A stretch of DNA of 64,000 nucleotides from Clostridiales bacterium DTU032. GTDB taxonomy: Bacteria > Bacillota > Clostridia > Saccharofermentanales > DTU023. The notes under the pieces were generated by a model. It had not been told where the DNA came from, did no database searches, and saw only the letters and a program-made list of their open reading frames with translations. The translations under genes and the position numbers were made by a program. The stretch is from assembly GCA_001512745.1 (NCBI GenBank), contig LFSM01000060.1:4493-68492 (forward strand), given 5' to 3'. Shown here piece by piece: positions 28,571 through 38,719 of the stretch (position 1 is its first letter; every line of letters begins with the position of its first letter).

Positions 28571-31057
28571 TTAGGCTACAACTATATTGACCAGTCGCTT
28601 AGGCACAACAATCCATTTCCGTACAGTTTTTCCGTCCAGCCAAGTCTCGAAGTCGCTCAAAGAACTGACAATATCCCTGATTTCTTCTTCGCTGGCAGCA
28701 GCCGGTACATGGATACGATCTAGAATGCGGCCATTGATCTGAATAGCGATTTCTACTGTGTCCAGATCCAGGGCTGATTCATCGTACTGAGGCCAGCCGG
28801 ACAGGAAAACGGATTGCTCATGTCCCATCTGCTGCCAGAGTTCTTCAGCGAAATGAGGAGCAAAAGGAGCCAGGAGTTTTATGAAATCACTCAATACGTC
28901 TAAGGTCAGCTCAGGCTTGGCCTGTGGAGCTTTGCTGTATTTTTGCAAGGCATTCAACAGCTCCATCAGGCGGGCGACAGAAGTATTGAATTGAAAGCGT
29001 TCGGCGTCCTTTGTCACTTCTTTGATGCTATGGTGACGGACACGATTCAGCTCTTTATCGTCTGCACTGAGTTCTTGGGGCATAGAGGGCGTAAGCGAAC
29101 TTGTGATTTCATCCGCCGCAAAGCTTTCGATACGCTGTACAAAGCGGGCAATCGCGCGAAGGCCGTCATCACTCCAGGGGCCTCCTTCAGTGTAGGCGAA
29201 TCCGAAGGCCAGATAGAGGCGGAAAACATCTGAACCGTAAGTCTCTATATAAGGGTCAGGCGAAATGGTGTTGCCCCTCGACTTGGACATTCTGTTGCCA
29301 TCGGGACCCAGTATCACACCCTGGTGGATCAGGCGAGTGAAGGGTTCGTCAAAGTCAAGGTAGCCCAGATCGCGCAAAACTTTGGTGATAAAGCGCGCGT
29401 AGAGTAAATGCATGGCTGCGTGTTCTGCACCGCCGATATAGATGTCAACCGGGCACATCCGGTTGACCTTCTTGCTGTCGAAGGCGGCCTGGTCGTTTTT
29501 ATTATCCACAAAGCGGAACATATACCAGGAAGAGCAGACAAAAGTATCCAGTGTGTCCGGGTCACGCCGGGCGGGTCCACCGCAGAGGGGACAGCGGGTG
29601 TTGATAAAGTCCTCAGCTTTTGCCAACGGAGATTTGCCGTCCGGCTTGAATTCAACATCATAAGGCAGCTCTACCGGCAGCTGATCCTCGGGTACGGGCA
29701 CAGTTCCGCATTTGTCGCAGTAGATAATCGGAATGGGAGTGCCCCAGTAGCGCTGACGGGAAACCAACCAGTCTCGTAAGCGGTATTGAATTGTTTCTTC
29801 ACCGCAACCGCTCTGACTTAACTCCCTGACAATAGCTTTTCTTGCGGCGGCTGAGTTCAGACCGCTGTGCTCACCACTGTTGACAAGGATTCCGTCCTGA
29901 ACAAAGGCTGAATCCCGGACCTGCCAATGATCATTCTCAGCTTTCGGACGGATGACTGTGCGAATCGGCAAAGCGAAAGTGCTTGCAAATTCGAAGTCGC
30001 GTTCATCGTGAGCCGGAACTGCCATAACGATACCGGTGCCGTACTGGGCGATGACGTAATCAGAAGTCCAGAGCTCGACCTTTTCACCGGTCAGCGGATG
30101 GACAGCATAAGAGCCTGTGAAAACACCACTCTTTTCTCTGGTTACCGACTGACGCTCAATTTCGCTCAGATGTGCAGTCCTCTCCTGATAAGCTTCCACG
30201 ACTGCACTCTGCTCAGCAGTGATAAGAGAGTCGAGCAAATCGTGTTCAGGCGCTATTACCAGATAGGTGACGCCATAAAGCGTATCAGCCCTGGTAGTGA
30301 AAACACTGAGCGTAAGCTCTTCGCCGTCGAGATAGACTTTTTCACCATCTTTTTCAACGCCGAATTTAATCGTAGCGCCTTCAGAACGGCCGATCCAATT
30401 GGTTTGAATTTTCTTAGTTTTGTCAGGCCAGTCAAGGTCATCCAGGCAATTCAGTAATTCTTCAGCGTAATCGGTGATACGGAAAAACCATTGGGTCAGA
30501 TTGCGCTTGACAACTTCCTGGTGGCAGCGTTCGCAGGTGCCGTCACTCTCAACCTGTTCGTTGGCCAATACTGTGAGACAGCTGGGGCACCAGTTGACAG
30601 GTGCCTTCTTGCGGTAGGCGAGATTGTTTTTATAAAGCTGCAGAAAAAGCCATTGATTCCAGCGATAATAATCAGGATTGCAGGTGGCAAGTTCGGCATC
30701 CCAGTTAAACAGACCACCGATTTCCTTCAGCTGTCCCCGCATGCTGTTGATACTGTCATTAGTGCTGTCCTGAGGATGAATGCCGGTAGCGATGGCGTAG
30801 TTTTCCGCCGGCAGGCCAAAAGCGTCAAATCCCATGGGCTGGAAGATTTCGCGGCCCTGCATCTTTTTCATACGTGCGTAAGAATCTGACAAGGCATAGT
30901 TGTACCAGTGACCGACGTGCAATTTCGCAGCTGAAGGATAGGAGAACATCTCTAAAACATATAACTTATCGGCTATACGTTTTTCATCAAAGGCTGCTAA
31001 CTTGTTTTCATCCCATTTTTTTTGCCATTTGCGGTCAATTTCCTTGGAGTAGGACAT
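28571..31057 (-). CDS. leuS: Leucyl-tRNA synthetase
   Basis: The HIGH-type motif HVGHWYNY and the KMSKS-type motif RMSKSRGN are present. The ATG at 31057 follows an RBS AGAGGAAG. Confidence 0.95.
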   Translation of the reverse strand: MSYSKEIDRKWQKKWDENKLAAFDEKRIADKLYVLEMFSYPSAAKLHVGHWYNYALSDSYARMKKMQGREIFQPMGFDAFGLPAENYAIATGIHPQDSTNDSINSMRGQLKEIGGLFNWDAELATCNPDYYRWNQWLFLQLYKNNLAYRKKAPVNWCPSCLTVLANEQVESDGTCERCHQEVVKRNLTQWFFRITDYAEELLNCLDDLDWPDKTKKIQTNWIGRSEGATIKFGVEKDGEKVYLDGEELTLSVFTTRADTLYGVTYLVIAPEHDLLDSLITAEQSAVVEAYQERTAHLSEIERQSVTREKSGVFTGSYAVHPLTGEKVELWTSDYVIAQYGTGIVMAVPAHDERDFEFASTFALPIRTVIRPKAENDHWQVRDSAFVQDGILVNSGEHSGLNSAAARKAIVRELSQSGCGEETIQYRLRDWLVSRQRYWGTPIPIIYCDKCGTVPVPEDQLPVELPYDVEFKPDGKSPLAKAEDFINTRCPLCGGPARRDPDTLDTFVCSSWYMFRFVDNKNDQAAFDSKKVNRMCPVDIYIGGAEHAAMHLLYARFITKVLRDLGYLDFDEPFTRLIHQGVILGPDGNRMSKSRGNTISPDPYIETYGSDVFRLYLAFGFAYTEGGPWSDDGLRAIARFVQRIESFAADEITSSLTPSMPQELSADDKELNRVRHHSIKEVTKDAERFQFNTSVARLMELLNALQKYSKAPQAKPELTLDVLSDFIKLLAPFAPHFAEELWQQMGHEQSVFLSGWPQYDESALDLDTVEIAIQINGRILDRIHVPAAASEEEIRDIVSSLSDFETWLDGKTVRKWIVVPKRLVNIVVA

Positions 31058-31126
31058 AGTACTTCCTCTTTTCATAATTTTAAACAATTAAAAATTGATA
31101 TTCGGCTATAAATTTTACGCCACTAT

Positions 31127-32020
31127 TCAGGATAGCACAAACAAATAGCGTAAGAGCGCCACAAGGAGCAAACAGAGCGGGAAGATGGCATAGCGCAGGA
31201 TCCGCATTTTACCACTGTTGTTAGTTGGAGCACGGGGAAAAAGCACTGCAGGTACAAAGACCAGGAGTGAGTAAAAATACACAGGGTTTGCAGCACTGCG
31301 ATAGAAAAGAAGTTCAAGCAGATAGTAGACAGCATTAAATCCGAGCAGAAGCAGGAAGGCGCGCAGCAAATGCTTTTCGTGCTGAAAGATGGATTTGCGG
31401 ACCAGCTTGGCAAAAACTGTCCGATTTACAAAATCATCATCTTGGGGATCTGTATCGAAGAGATCGATCAGGGCCAGATAAAAGCAGGCTGTCAAAAGAA
31501 TTCCGTAGATAGAAAGGATGAAATTCATACGCCAGCTGACGTAGACGGATAAGGCCATTGTTACGATCCCGAGGGCCAGACCCAGCCAGGGTGGCAGATT
31601 ATAACTGCCCGGCTGAATTGATTTAAAGTAGGGACGAGGATCAGCTGAATCGCCGTTATTTGTTTCCAGCCTAATAAGCAGCAGATAGGAGCTGCCAAGC
31701 GCCAGAGCCAGTCCGGCCATAAAACCAAGGGCAGCGGCATAGGTAAAAACAACATTGCGTGTGGAAAAACTAATATCCAGGTAGCATTCAGCCAGGATCA
31801 GAATCAGCTCTACCGCAAATGCAGTTAAGGTCAAACGAAGGAAGTATTTGAAAATGTTTTGCGTGTATGTCAGCCCCCGGGCCAGCAGCAGGGCAAAGAT
31901 CGCAAAAGCAACTACACCCAAAATATCAGCCAGATATAAAAAGGCTGCCGGCAGGAGGGAGGAGAGGAAAATAGCAAGAAAATATATGAATGTTAATATG
32001 TGGCCTATGACACGAAGCAC
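31127..32020 (-). CDS. Polytopic membrane protein of unknown function (~9 TM helices)
   Basis: The protein is hydrophobic throughout and lies 69 nt upstream of leuS on the same strand. Confidence 0.6.
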   Translation of the reverse strand: MLRVIGHILTFIYFLAIFLSSLLPAAFLYLADILGVVAFAIFALLLARGLTYTQNIFKYFLRLTLTAFAVELILILAECYLDISFSTRNVVFTYAAALGFMAGLALALGSSYLLLIRLETNNGDSADPRPYFKSIQPGSYNLPPWLGLALGIVTMALSVYVSWRMNFILSIYGILLTACFYLALIDLFDTDPQDDDFVNRTVFAKLVRKSIFQHEKHLLRAFLLLLGFNAVYYLLELLFYRSAANPVYFYSLLVFVPAVLFPRAPTNNSGKMRILRYAIFPLCLLLVALLRYLFVLS

Positions 32021-32248
32021 TTTTTTCCCTCTGAAACGACTTGTTTAACCTCTGGATAAGATCTAGAATGTTATGGTATTCCTTGCTCTAAGCTGCGATT
32101 TATTGTATCATGACGCTGCCCGAATCACAATTTAGAGCGATATTCCGGAATTTCATTTTTAAAACAATTCCGCAGGTGTTATGATATTTTTCAAACTGGA
32201 AATTTTACGCAGCAGCAAATATAGAGCATTGCGTCATCAGGAGCAGAA

Positions 32249-33259
32249 ATGGGTCTTGGACTTAATATAGGTATTGATCTCGGCACAGCCACAGTTTTAG
32301 TTTATGTAGAAGGCCGGGGCATAGTTTTGCGGGAACCCGCAGTAGTAGCAATTAATACAAAAACAGGAAGAGTGTTGGCAATAGGCGACGAAGCGAGCCT
32401 GATGCTGGGACGGACTCCTGATATCGTTCAGGCGATCCGACCATTACGCGACGGGGTTATTTCCGATTTTCGGATCACGGAACTTATGCTGAAAGAATTT
32501 ATCGGACGTGTCAACAGCGGCTTTTTGGCGAAATATTTTAAACCGACCATCGTGGTCTGCGTTCCCAGCGTGATTACGCCGGTAGAGCAAAAAGCGGTTG
32601 AAGATGCCTGCCGTCATGCCGGAGCCAAGGAAGTATATCTGATCAGGGAACCGGTGGCAGCAGCTATTGGTGCTGGTATTGATGTAACATTGGCCAGCGG
32701 GAGCATGGTTATAGATATTGGTGGCGGTACCACTGATATCGCTGTGATCTCCATGTGTCGTCCTGTTGTTGATGAATCAATTAAAGTTGCCGGCGATAAA
32801 TTTGATGAAGCTATCATTAAATACATTCGTCGTAAACATAACGTTTTAATTGGCGAGCAAACAGCTGAGGAATTGAAAATAAACATTGGCTGTGCGTATC
32901 CCCGTGAAGAGGAACTTTCGATGGAAGTAAGGGGGCGCAATCTGGTTACAGGTATGCCGGCAATATTAACGATAAGCTCCACAGATATGTTGGAGGCGTT
33001 GGAGGAACCCGTTAGCTCAATTTTTGAAGCTATCCATTCAGTATTGGAGAGCACCCCGCCCGAATTAATGGCGGACGTATCCCATCGCGGTATTGTAATG
33101 ACTGGCGGCGGATCCCTGCTTTACGGCCTGGATCGCATGTTGGCCACGCGAGTGGGCATCGAGGTTCTGGTAGCGGAGGATCCTGTATCCTGTGTTGCTG
33201 TCGGCACCGGACTTGCTCTTAATATTATGGATCGTTTCAGCGAGATGGCGGACGATTAG
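32249..33259 (+). CDS. mreB: Rod-shape-determining actin homolog MreB/Mbl
   Basis: The motifs GIDLGTA, DIGGGTTD and MTGGGSLL are present. Confidence 0.9.
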   Translation: MGLGLNIGIDLGTATVLVYVEGRGIVLREPAVVAINTKTGRVLAIGDEASLMLGRTPDIVQAIRPLRDGVISDFRITELMLKEFIGRVNSGFLAKYFKPTIVVCVPSVITPVEQKAVEDACRHAGAKEVYLIREPVAAAIGAGIDVTLASGSMVIDIGGGTTDIAVISMCRPVVDESIKVAGDKFDEAIIKYIRRKHNVLIGEQTAEELKINIGCAYPREEELSMEVRGRNLVTGMPAILTISSTDMLEALEEPVSSIFEAIHSVLESTPPELMADVSHRGIVMTGGGSLLYGLDRMLATRVGIEVLVAEDPVSCVAVGTGLALNIMDRFSEMADD

Positions 33260-33307
33260 AGACTTGTTTTCTCAAATTTATAAAAAAATAGAATATTAGG
33301 AGCATTT

Positions 33308-35050
33308 ATGTCCCAAATCGATTTCAAGGGTAAAACAAAGCAAGACCTTGTCACAATTGCGCACTTGTCTAATTTGCTGACGCCGCGTGATACCAGCAGG
33401 ATGACAAAACAACAACTGGTTGACTTTTTGACCACTGTTGCGGATGAAGCGGAAGTCAATGAGGCTTCGGAGCAAGTGCAGGAAGAAGAGAAAATAGCTG
33501 CAGCCAGCAGCAAGCCTTCCAAGAGTAAAGCAGTTGCAAAGAAAAACACAGCAAAAGCTGCCGAAGCTGAAACTGTGGAAAAGATAGAAGAAAATGATAC
33601 TCCTGACAAAGAAAGTGCCGGCGAACAAGAAGAAGTGCTTGCCGAAGCGGAGACTGTTAGTGAAAAGCCCAAGCGCAGCCGCAAAACAACAAAAAGCAGT
33701 CCCAAGCGTCAGAAGGCAAACAAAGCAGATGAAGCTGAAAAAAGCATACAGGGTAACAGCAGGGAACTTCTCCCGCTTCCGGATCCGGAGAATGAAGAAG
33801 CCGCAATTGTGGTATTTGAAAATGAAAATATCCCTGAAGCCGGCGAAGAGGCTGTTGTTGATGAAAAGGAAATAGTGACCGGAATTCTGGAAATAATGCC
33901 GGAGGGTTATGGCTTCCTGCGGGTAGAGAACTATTTGCAAAGCAATTTAGATATTTATATTTCACCACAGTTTATTCGCAGATTTCACCTGCGTACCGGC
34001 GATCTGGTTAAAGGACCGGCACGGCCGCAAAGGGACAATGAGCGCTACAGGGCACTTTCTTTCATTGATACAGTCAATGACATGCCACCTGAACAGATGA
34101 AAAAAAGACCTGCTTTCGACCGTCTGACTCCGATTTACCCCAACCAGCGTTTTAAACTTGAAACAGATCGTAATGAATTATCTACCCGGATTATTGATTT
34201 GATATCCCCCATCGGCAAAGGACAGCGCGGCATGATTGTCTCTCCGCCAAAAGCAGGTAAGACAATGCTGCTGCAAAAAATTGCCAATGCAATTGCTAAA
34301 AATAATCCGGAAGTTAAACTGATGGTACTTCTGATAGACGAGCGCCCTGAAGAGGTTACAGATATGCAGCGCTCGATCGAAGGTGAGGTTGCATATTCAA
34401 CCTTCGACCGTACTCCCGAAAATCATGTAAAAATTACCGAGTTGGTCCTGGAACGGGCTATGCGTCTAGTTGAGTTGGGTCATGATGTAGTTATTTTGCT
34501 CGACAGTATTACCCGTATGGGTCGCGCCTATAACTTAACCATTAATCCCACAGGCCGCACCTTGTCCGGCGGACTTGATCCCGGAGCCCTCTATGGCCCG
34601 AAGCGCTTTTTCGGAGCAGCCAGAAATATTGAAGATGGCGGGAGCCTGACTATTATCGCCACCGCACTGATTGACACCGGTTCACGTATGGATGAAGTTA
34701 TTTTTGAGGAGTTTAAAGGAACCGGCAATATGGAGGTCCTTCTCGACCGCAAACTGGCTGACAAGAGAATTTTCCCGGCGATTGATATTGTTAAATCAAG
34801 CACCAGGCGTGAGGAACTGCTCCTGTCGGAGCGTGAGCTGGATGCTGTCTGGTCTCTGCGTAAAGCCTTCGGTCAGCTGGAAACTACAGCGGTAACCGAG
34901 ACCATGATCAGCCTCTTAATGAAGACGCGTGATAATGATCAATTCATCTCTTCGATCAATGTGTCCTTCAGTGACCGCTCTCTCTTTGAAGCCATGCGAG
35001 GATCATCTAAGGGCAACGGCAACTCGAACGGAAACAATAACAAAAGCTGA
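33308..35050 (+). CDS. rho: Transcription termination factor Rho with a ~150-aa K/E/A-rich N-terminal insertion and an N/G-rich C-terminal tail
   Basis: The Rho_N helix region, the CSD-like segment [14 protein letters not shown], Walker A PPKAGKT and the motif LIDERPEEV are present. The protein is 580 aa, compared with ~420 aa for E. coli Rho. Confidence 0.9.
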   Translation: MSQIDFKGKTKQDLVTIAHLSNLLTPRDTSRMTKQQLVDFLTTVADEAEVNEASEQVQEEEKIAAASSKPSKSKAVAKKNTAKAAEAETVEKIEENDTPDKESAGEQEEVLAEAETVSEKPKRSRKTTKSSPKRQKANKADEAEKSIQGNSRELLPLPDPENEEAAIVVFENENIPEAGEEAVVDEKEIVTGILEIMPEGYGFLRVENYLQSNLDIYISPQFIRRFHLRTGDLVKGPARPQRDNERYRALSFIDTVNDMPPEQMKKRPAFDRLTPIYPNQRFKLETDRNELSTRIIDLISPIGKGQRGMIVSPPKAGKTMLLQKIANAIAKNNPEVKLMVLLIDERPEEVTDMQRSIEGEVAYSTFDRTPENHVKITELVLERAMRLVELGHDVVILLDSITRMGRAYNLTINPTGRTLSGGLDPGALYGPKRFFGAARNIEDGGSLTIIATALIDTGSRMDEVIFEEFKGTGNMEVLLDRKLADKRIFPAIDIVKSSTRREELLLSERELDAVWSLRKAFGQLETTAVTETMISLLMKTRDNDQFISSINVSFSDRSLFEAMRGSSKGNGNSNGNNNKS

Positions 35051-35154
35051 AGCTTTGACAGCTTTTGAGTCAAAGAAATATCTGTCGGACTGAAGAACTG
35101 CTGGACTGGTTTTTTAAAAAAAGAGAAAATGCACAGCAGAAGGGAAGGCATCTA

Positions 35155-35793
35155 ATGTCAATATTCAAGCGTAAGAACCAAGTCGACTTTTTCAGTCTAT
35201 TGATGAACTTATGTGAATATTCGGTTCAGGCGGCAGACTTTCTCGAAGATAGTCTGCTGGATTATGATCTTGAAAAAATGCAGGGAGTGCTGACGGAAAT
35301 CCATGAAGTTGAGCATACGGCAGACCTGCTGCTGCGAGATCTTAATCACAAGCTGGCCAGAGGCCATTCTTATCCACTGAAAAAAGAAGAATTCAGTAAA
35401 ATCTCCTATCTCATTGATGAAGTCACGGACAGGACTGAAGACATTTTGATGGGTTTTGATTTGTTTAATGTGCAAACACTGCGCAGTGAGGCTCTTGAGT
35501 TCGCCAAACTGATTTCACGCGGAAGTATAACTCTGGCAAAAATGCTAAAGGAGTTCAGGAGTTATAAAACTTCTCTCTTAGTCCGCGAGAGTATCGTTGA
35601 GATCAATGAGATTGAAGAGGAAGGCGATGATCTTTACGCACGTTCTGTACGCCGCCTCTACAGGGAAAGCAAGGATCCGATTGAAATCATTGTCTGGACT
35701 GATATTTTCTATCGCTTTGAAAGATGCTGTGACAGTATTGAAGAGGTCGCAGAATACGTAGAAACTGTCGTTATAAAAAATACCCAAGCCTGA
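35155..35793 (+). CDS. DUF47 (PhoU-like, Pit-accessory type) protein
   Basis: The helical-repeat protein starts MSIFKRKNQVDFF and contains EHTADLL and EEEGDDL motifs. The ATG at 35155 follows an RBS AGGGAAGG. Confidence 0.7.
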   Translation: MSIFKRKNQVDFFSLLMNLCEYSVQAADFLEDSLLDYDLEKMQGVLTEIHEVEHTADLLLRDLNHKLARGHSYPLKKEEFSKISYLIDEVTDRTEDILMGFDLFNVQTLRSEALEFAKLISRGSITLAKMLKEFRSYKTSLLVRESIVEINEIEEEGDDLYARSVRRLYRESKDPIEIIVWTDIFYRFERCCDSIEEVAEYVETVVIKNTQA

Positions 35794-35887
35794 ACAGCTT
35801 GTTCTGTGATCAGGACCGGAGCCAGAACATACAGGCTGCAAAAAATGTGAGCATTTGTCTTATCTTAGCTTTTGTAATATCATTCAT

Positions 35888-35972
35888 ATGTCGGGGGAGT
35901 CGTAAAACGGCTGAGAGGACTTAGAGTCGACCCTAGAACCTGATCCGGATAATGCCGGCGGAGGGAGTACTG
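35888..35972 (+). promoter_or_regulatory. TPP (THI-box) riboswitch
   Basis: The core tcgggggagtcgt...ggCTGAGAgg...ACCCtagAACCTGATCCGGATAATGCCGGCGgAGGGA matches the remembered TPP aptamer consensus. Its 3' end, GGAGGGAG, doubles as the SD for the GTG at 35977. Confidence 0.85.
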
Positions 35973-35976
35973 ATTA

Positions 35977-36783
35977 GTGTTTTTTCCCAAAAAAGATGAA
36001 TCCTTCAAACAGCAGTTCAGGCATGCCTTTAAGCTGATTTTTCCGCCTGTACTTTTCATCCTGCTGCTGCTCTTGCTTCTGCAGTTTCTGGCTGACAGCG
36101 GAATTCTGAAAAGCTTTGTCCTGCCGGCACCTAGTGCCGTCTTTCATTCTCTGACTGCAGATATGCCGCTCTTTAGACCACATATACTGCAAACACTTAA
36201 AATAGCGTCGCTGGGCTTTGTGCTGAGCGTGATTGTGGGCATGCTTTTTGCTCTTTTGATGTACCGCTTCAAAAGCGTATATCGTATATTTTACCCACTG
36301 GTAGTTGCCTCGCAGACGATTCCGACAATGGTTATAACACCTGTAATCGTACTGATTATGGGCTACAGTGATTTACCGCGGCTCTTCGTAGTAGTACTGA
36401 CTTGTTTTTTCCCGATCACAATCAGCCTGTTCAGTGGCTTGCGTTCCGTTGACAGCGACCTGCTGAAGCTGATGCAGACAATGGGAGCCAGCAGCTGGGA
36501 AACTATGCGACACGTACTCCTGCCAGCGAGTATGCCGCAGCTATTCTCCGGTCTGCGGATCTCGGCCACCTATAGTGTGATGTCAGCTGTTTTGGCTGAA
36601 TGGTCAGGTGGAGGAGAGGGGCTTGGCATACTTATGCTGCGGAGCAAACGTTCCTTCCGTTTTGACCGCATGTTCGCCGCTGTCATATTGATTATTGTGT
36701 TGAGCCTGGTATTTTACGGAATAGTTATAGTGCTGGAGCGCATCATGATGCCCTGGCAGAAATCACTGAAACAGAGAACATGA
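35977..36783 (+). CDS. thiX: ABC permease (NitT/TauT family), HMP/thiamine-precursor transporter
   Basis: It is a BPD-type permease with 6 TM helices and lies immediately behind the TPP riboswitch. Confidence 0.75.
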   Translation: MFFPKKDESFKQQFRHAFKLIFPPVLFILLLLLLLQFLADSGILKSFVLPAPSAVFHSLTADMPLFRPHILQTLKIASLGFVLSVIVGMLFALLMYRFKSVYRIFYPLVVASQTIPTMVITPVIVLIMGYSDLPRLFVVVLTCFFPITISLFSGLRSVDSDLLKLMQTMGASSWETMRHVLLPASMPQLFSGLRISATYSVMSAVLAEWSGGGEGLGILMLRSKRSFRFDRMFAAVILIIVLSLVFYGIVIVLERIMMPWQKSLKQRT

Positions 36784-36883
36784 ATTAGTGCTGTGCATGA
36801 ATTGGTGCCAGGCACGAAAGTATGCAGGGAAGCAGGGATTAGTAATAAATTAAAATAATACTGAGAAAAGAGATGGGGTAATT

Positions 36884-37909
36884 ATGTTTATTTCAAAAAA
36901 TAATGAGAAAAGAAAAAATATGGGCCTTAGGCTACTGCTTGTAATCTTGGTTTTGCTGCTTTTGCCTTTGCCTGCCTGTGGGCAGGATGCTGATACGGAT
37001 GATGAGCTACGCGAGTTGATTTTCGCACTGGACTGGACACCGAATACCAATCACAGCGGATTGTATCTGGCTAAGGAGCGCGGCTACTATGCTGAGGAAG
37101 GTTTAGATATTAGTTTCCAAGAGTCTGACATGAATTTTATCGAAATGGTGGCAAATGGCACTGCTGCTTTCGGTATAGCATCGCAAGAGCAGGTCTTGCA
37201 GGCCAGAGCCTCTGCCGCTGAGATTCCGGTTGTCGCTATCGCAGCCTTGCTCCAGCACAATACTTCCGGTTTTGCGTCACCCGTAGATCGCGGCATTGAA
37301 TCACCGGGAGATTTCGAGGGCAATACCTACAGCGGCTGGGGTACGGAACTGGAGCTGGCTTTTATCCGTTCCCTGATGGAAAAGAGCAATGCCGATTACG
37401 AAAAAGTCGAAATCATTAACCAGTCCGCCTCCAACTTCATTGCCAGTATGGAGACGGAAGCTGATTTCACCTGGATTTATTATGGCTGGGACGGAGTGAA
37501 CTGTGAACTGCAGGATTATCCGATCAATTTTATTCTATTAGGAGATATTGATGAACGCCTGGACTTTTATTCTCCGGTCCTGATCACCAGCGATGAGCTG
37601 ATTAAAACTGATCCGGAGCTTGTAGGCAAGTTTTTGCGTGCCAGCCGCCGCGGATATCGGGATGCAATGACAGATGCCGAAGCTGCTGTGGCAGCTCTGA
37701 TGAAGGCCGCTCCGGAACTGGATCCGGTTCTCTTGCTGGCAAGTCAGGAATGGCTGAATCAGGAAAGCGAAAAAACTGCTGAAGCCTGGGGATCGATGCT
37801 GGCTGAGCGGTGGGAAAATTTTGCTCTCTGGATGAGCGAAAATGATCTTCTTGAGGGTGAATTAGATGTGGATTCTGCGTATTCGACGGAATTTCTGCCT
37901 GAAGAATAG
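36884..37909 (+). CDS. thiY: NMT1/THI5-like substrate-binding lipoprotein for pyrimidine precursors
   Basis: The lipobox-like signal LLLLPLPACG and the motif LDWTPNTNHSGLYLA are present. Confidence 0.75.
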   Translation: MFISKNNEKRKNMGLRLLLVILVLLLLPLPACGQDADTDDELRELIFALDWTPNTNHSGLYLAKERGYYAEEGLDISFQESDMNFIEMVANGTAAFGIASQEQVLQARASAAEIPVVAIAALLQHNTSGFASPVDRGIESPGDFEGNTYSGWGTELELAFIRSLMEKSNADYEKVEIINQSASNFIASMETEADFTWIYYGWDGVNCELQDYPINFILLGDIDERLDFYSPVLITSDELIKTDPELVGKFLRASRRGYRDAMTDAEAAVAALMKAAPELDPVLLLASQEWLNQESEKTAEAWGSMLAERWENFALWMSENDLLEGELDVDSAYSTEFLPEE

Positions 37910-37915
37910 GGAAGA

Positions 37916-38641
37916 GTGATGAGCAAGCTTTTACTTTCCTGTAAAAATATCTACAAGAGTTATGATGACATGCCGGTGCTTGAAGATGTCTCGCTTGAGC
38001 TGCATCGTGGTGAGATTGCAGCCATCTTGGGCAAGAGTGGCAGTGGGAAGTCGACACTGTTTAATCTGCTCGCCTGCCTTGACACTCCCGACAGCGGTCA
38101 GATAGAACACCATGCCCGCATCGGCTATATGATGCAAAAGGACCTTCTGCTCGACTGGAAGACGGTTCAGGACAATATTGCTTTACCCTTGCTTTTCCGT
38201 TCGATGCCCCAAGATGAGGCCAGAGCCACTGTCAGGAAATATCTGCCGGTCTTTGGTCTCGAAGGTCTGGAAAAGCGCTGGCCTGCTACTTTGTCGGGAG
38301 GTCAGCGCCAGCGCTGCGCTCTGCTGCGCACCTGGCTCTATTCACAGGAACTGATGTTGCTGGATGAGCCCTTCTCAGGCCTGGATGCCTTGACGCGCGA
38401 AGCCCTCTACAAGTGGCTGCTGGAACATAAAGAAGAATTGGGTCTGTCGATTCTTTTGATTACGCACAGCATTGAAGAAGCTATATTTCTAGCTGACCGT
38501 CTCTACATTTTGCAGGGAGAACTGCCCTCGCGTGTGAGTCCTCCGATCGAAAATCCCCGGACAGAAGCTATTTCCGGGCCGGAGCAGATTCTGGAACGTG
38601 AAAAACTTCGCCAACAAATCAATGCCGCTTTAGTCAACTGA
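37916..38641 (+). CDS. thiZ: ABC ATP-binding protein of the ThiXYZ-type transporter
   Basis: Walker A GKSGSGKST, signature LSGGQRQR and Walker B LLDEPFSGLD are present. Confidence 0.8.
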   Translation: MMSKLLLSCKNIYKSYDDMPVLEDVSLELHRGEIAAILGKSGSGKSTLFNLLACLDTPDSGQIEHHARIGYMMQKDLLLDWKTVQDNIALPLLFRSMPQDEARATVRKYLPVFGLEGLEKRWPATLSGGQRQRCALLRTWLYSQELMLLDEPFSGLDALTREALYKWLLEHKEELGLSILLITHSIEEAIFLADRLYILQGELPSRVSPPIENPRTEAISGPEQILEREKLRQQINAALVN

Positions 38642-38719
38642 TGAATATTTTCGCGCCAGGCAGCAAATCAGGCAGAAATTGGCAGGAAAATAAGTTATAT
38701 TTAAGTCAGGGGAGTTGAA

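Noticed and set aside
31058-32248. Expected Leu T-box leader upstream of leuS
   Set aside because: Only 69 nt separate leuS from the upstream membrane-protein gene. Neither that spacer nor the 228-bp region upstream of 32020 shows T-box hallmarks (AGAGA box, the conserved T-box sequence, a terminator/antiterminator pair). leuS appears to lack a T-box here.
33440-33890. Prion-forming domain in Rho, as reported for Clostridium botulinum Rho
   Set aside because: The insertion here is K/E/A/S-rich and highly charged, not Q/N-rich. Only the short C-terminal tail is N/G-rich, so a prion claim is not supported.
33256-33940. Two long minus-strand ORFs (149 and 214 aa) overlapping the 5' part of rho
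   Set aside because: They are antisense to the low-complexity K/E/A-coding insertion of rho. Such biased sequence keeps antisense frames open, and the translated products are S/F/C/L-rich nonsense.
35041-35066. Hairpin AAAAGCTG-aagctttga-CAGCTTTT overlapping the rho stop, considered as a terminator
   Set aside because: Its T-run is part of the stem itself and GAGTC follows it. It is too weak to call, and the next gene starts only ~90 nt downstream.
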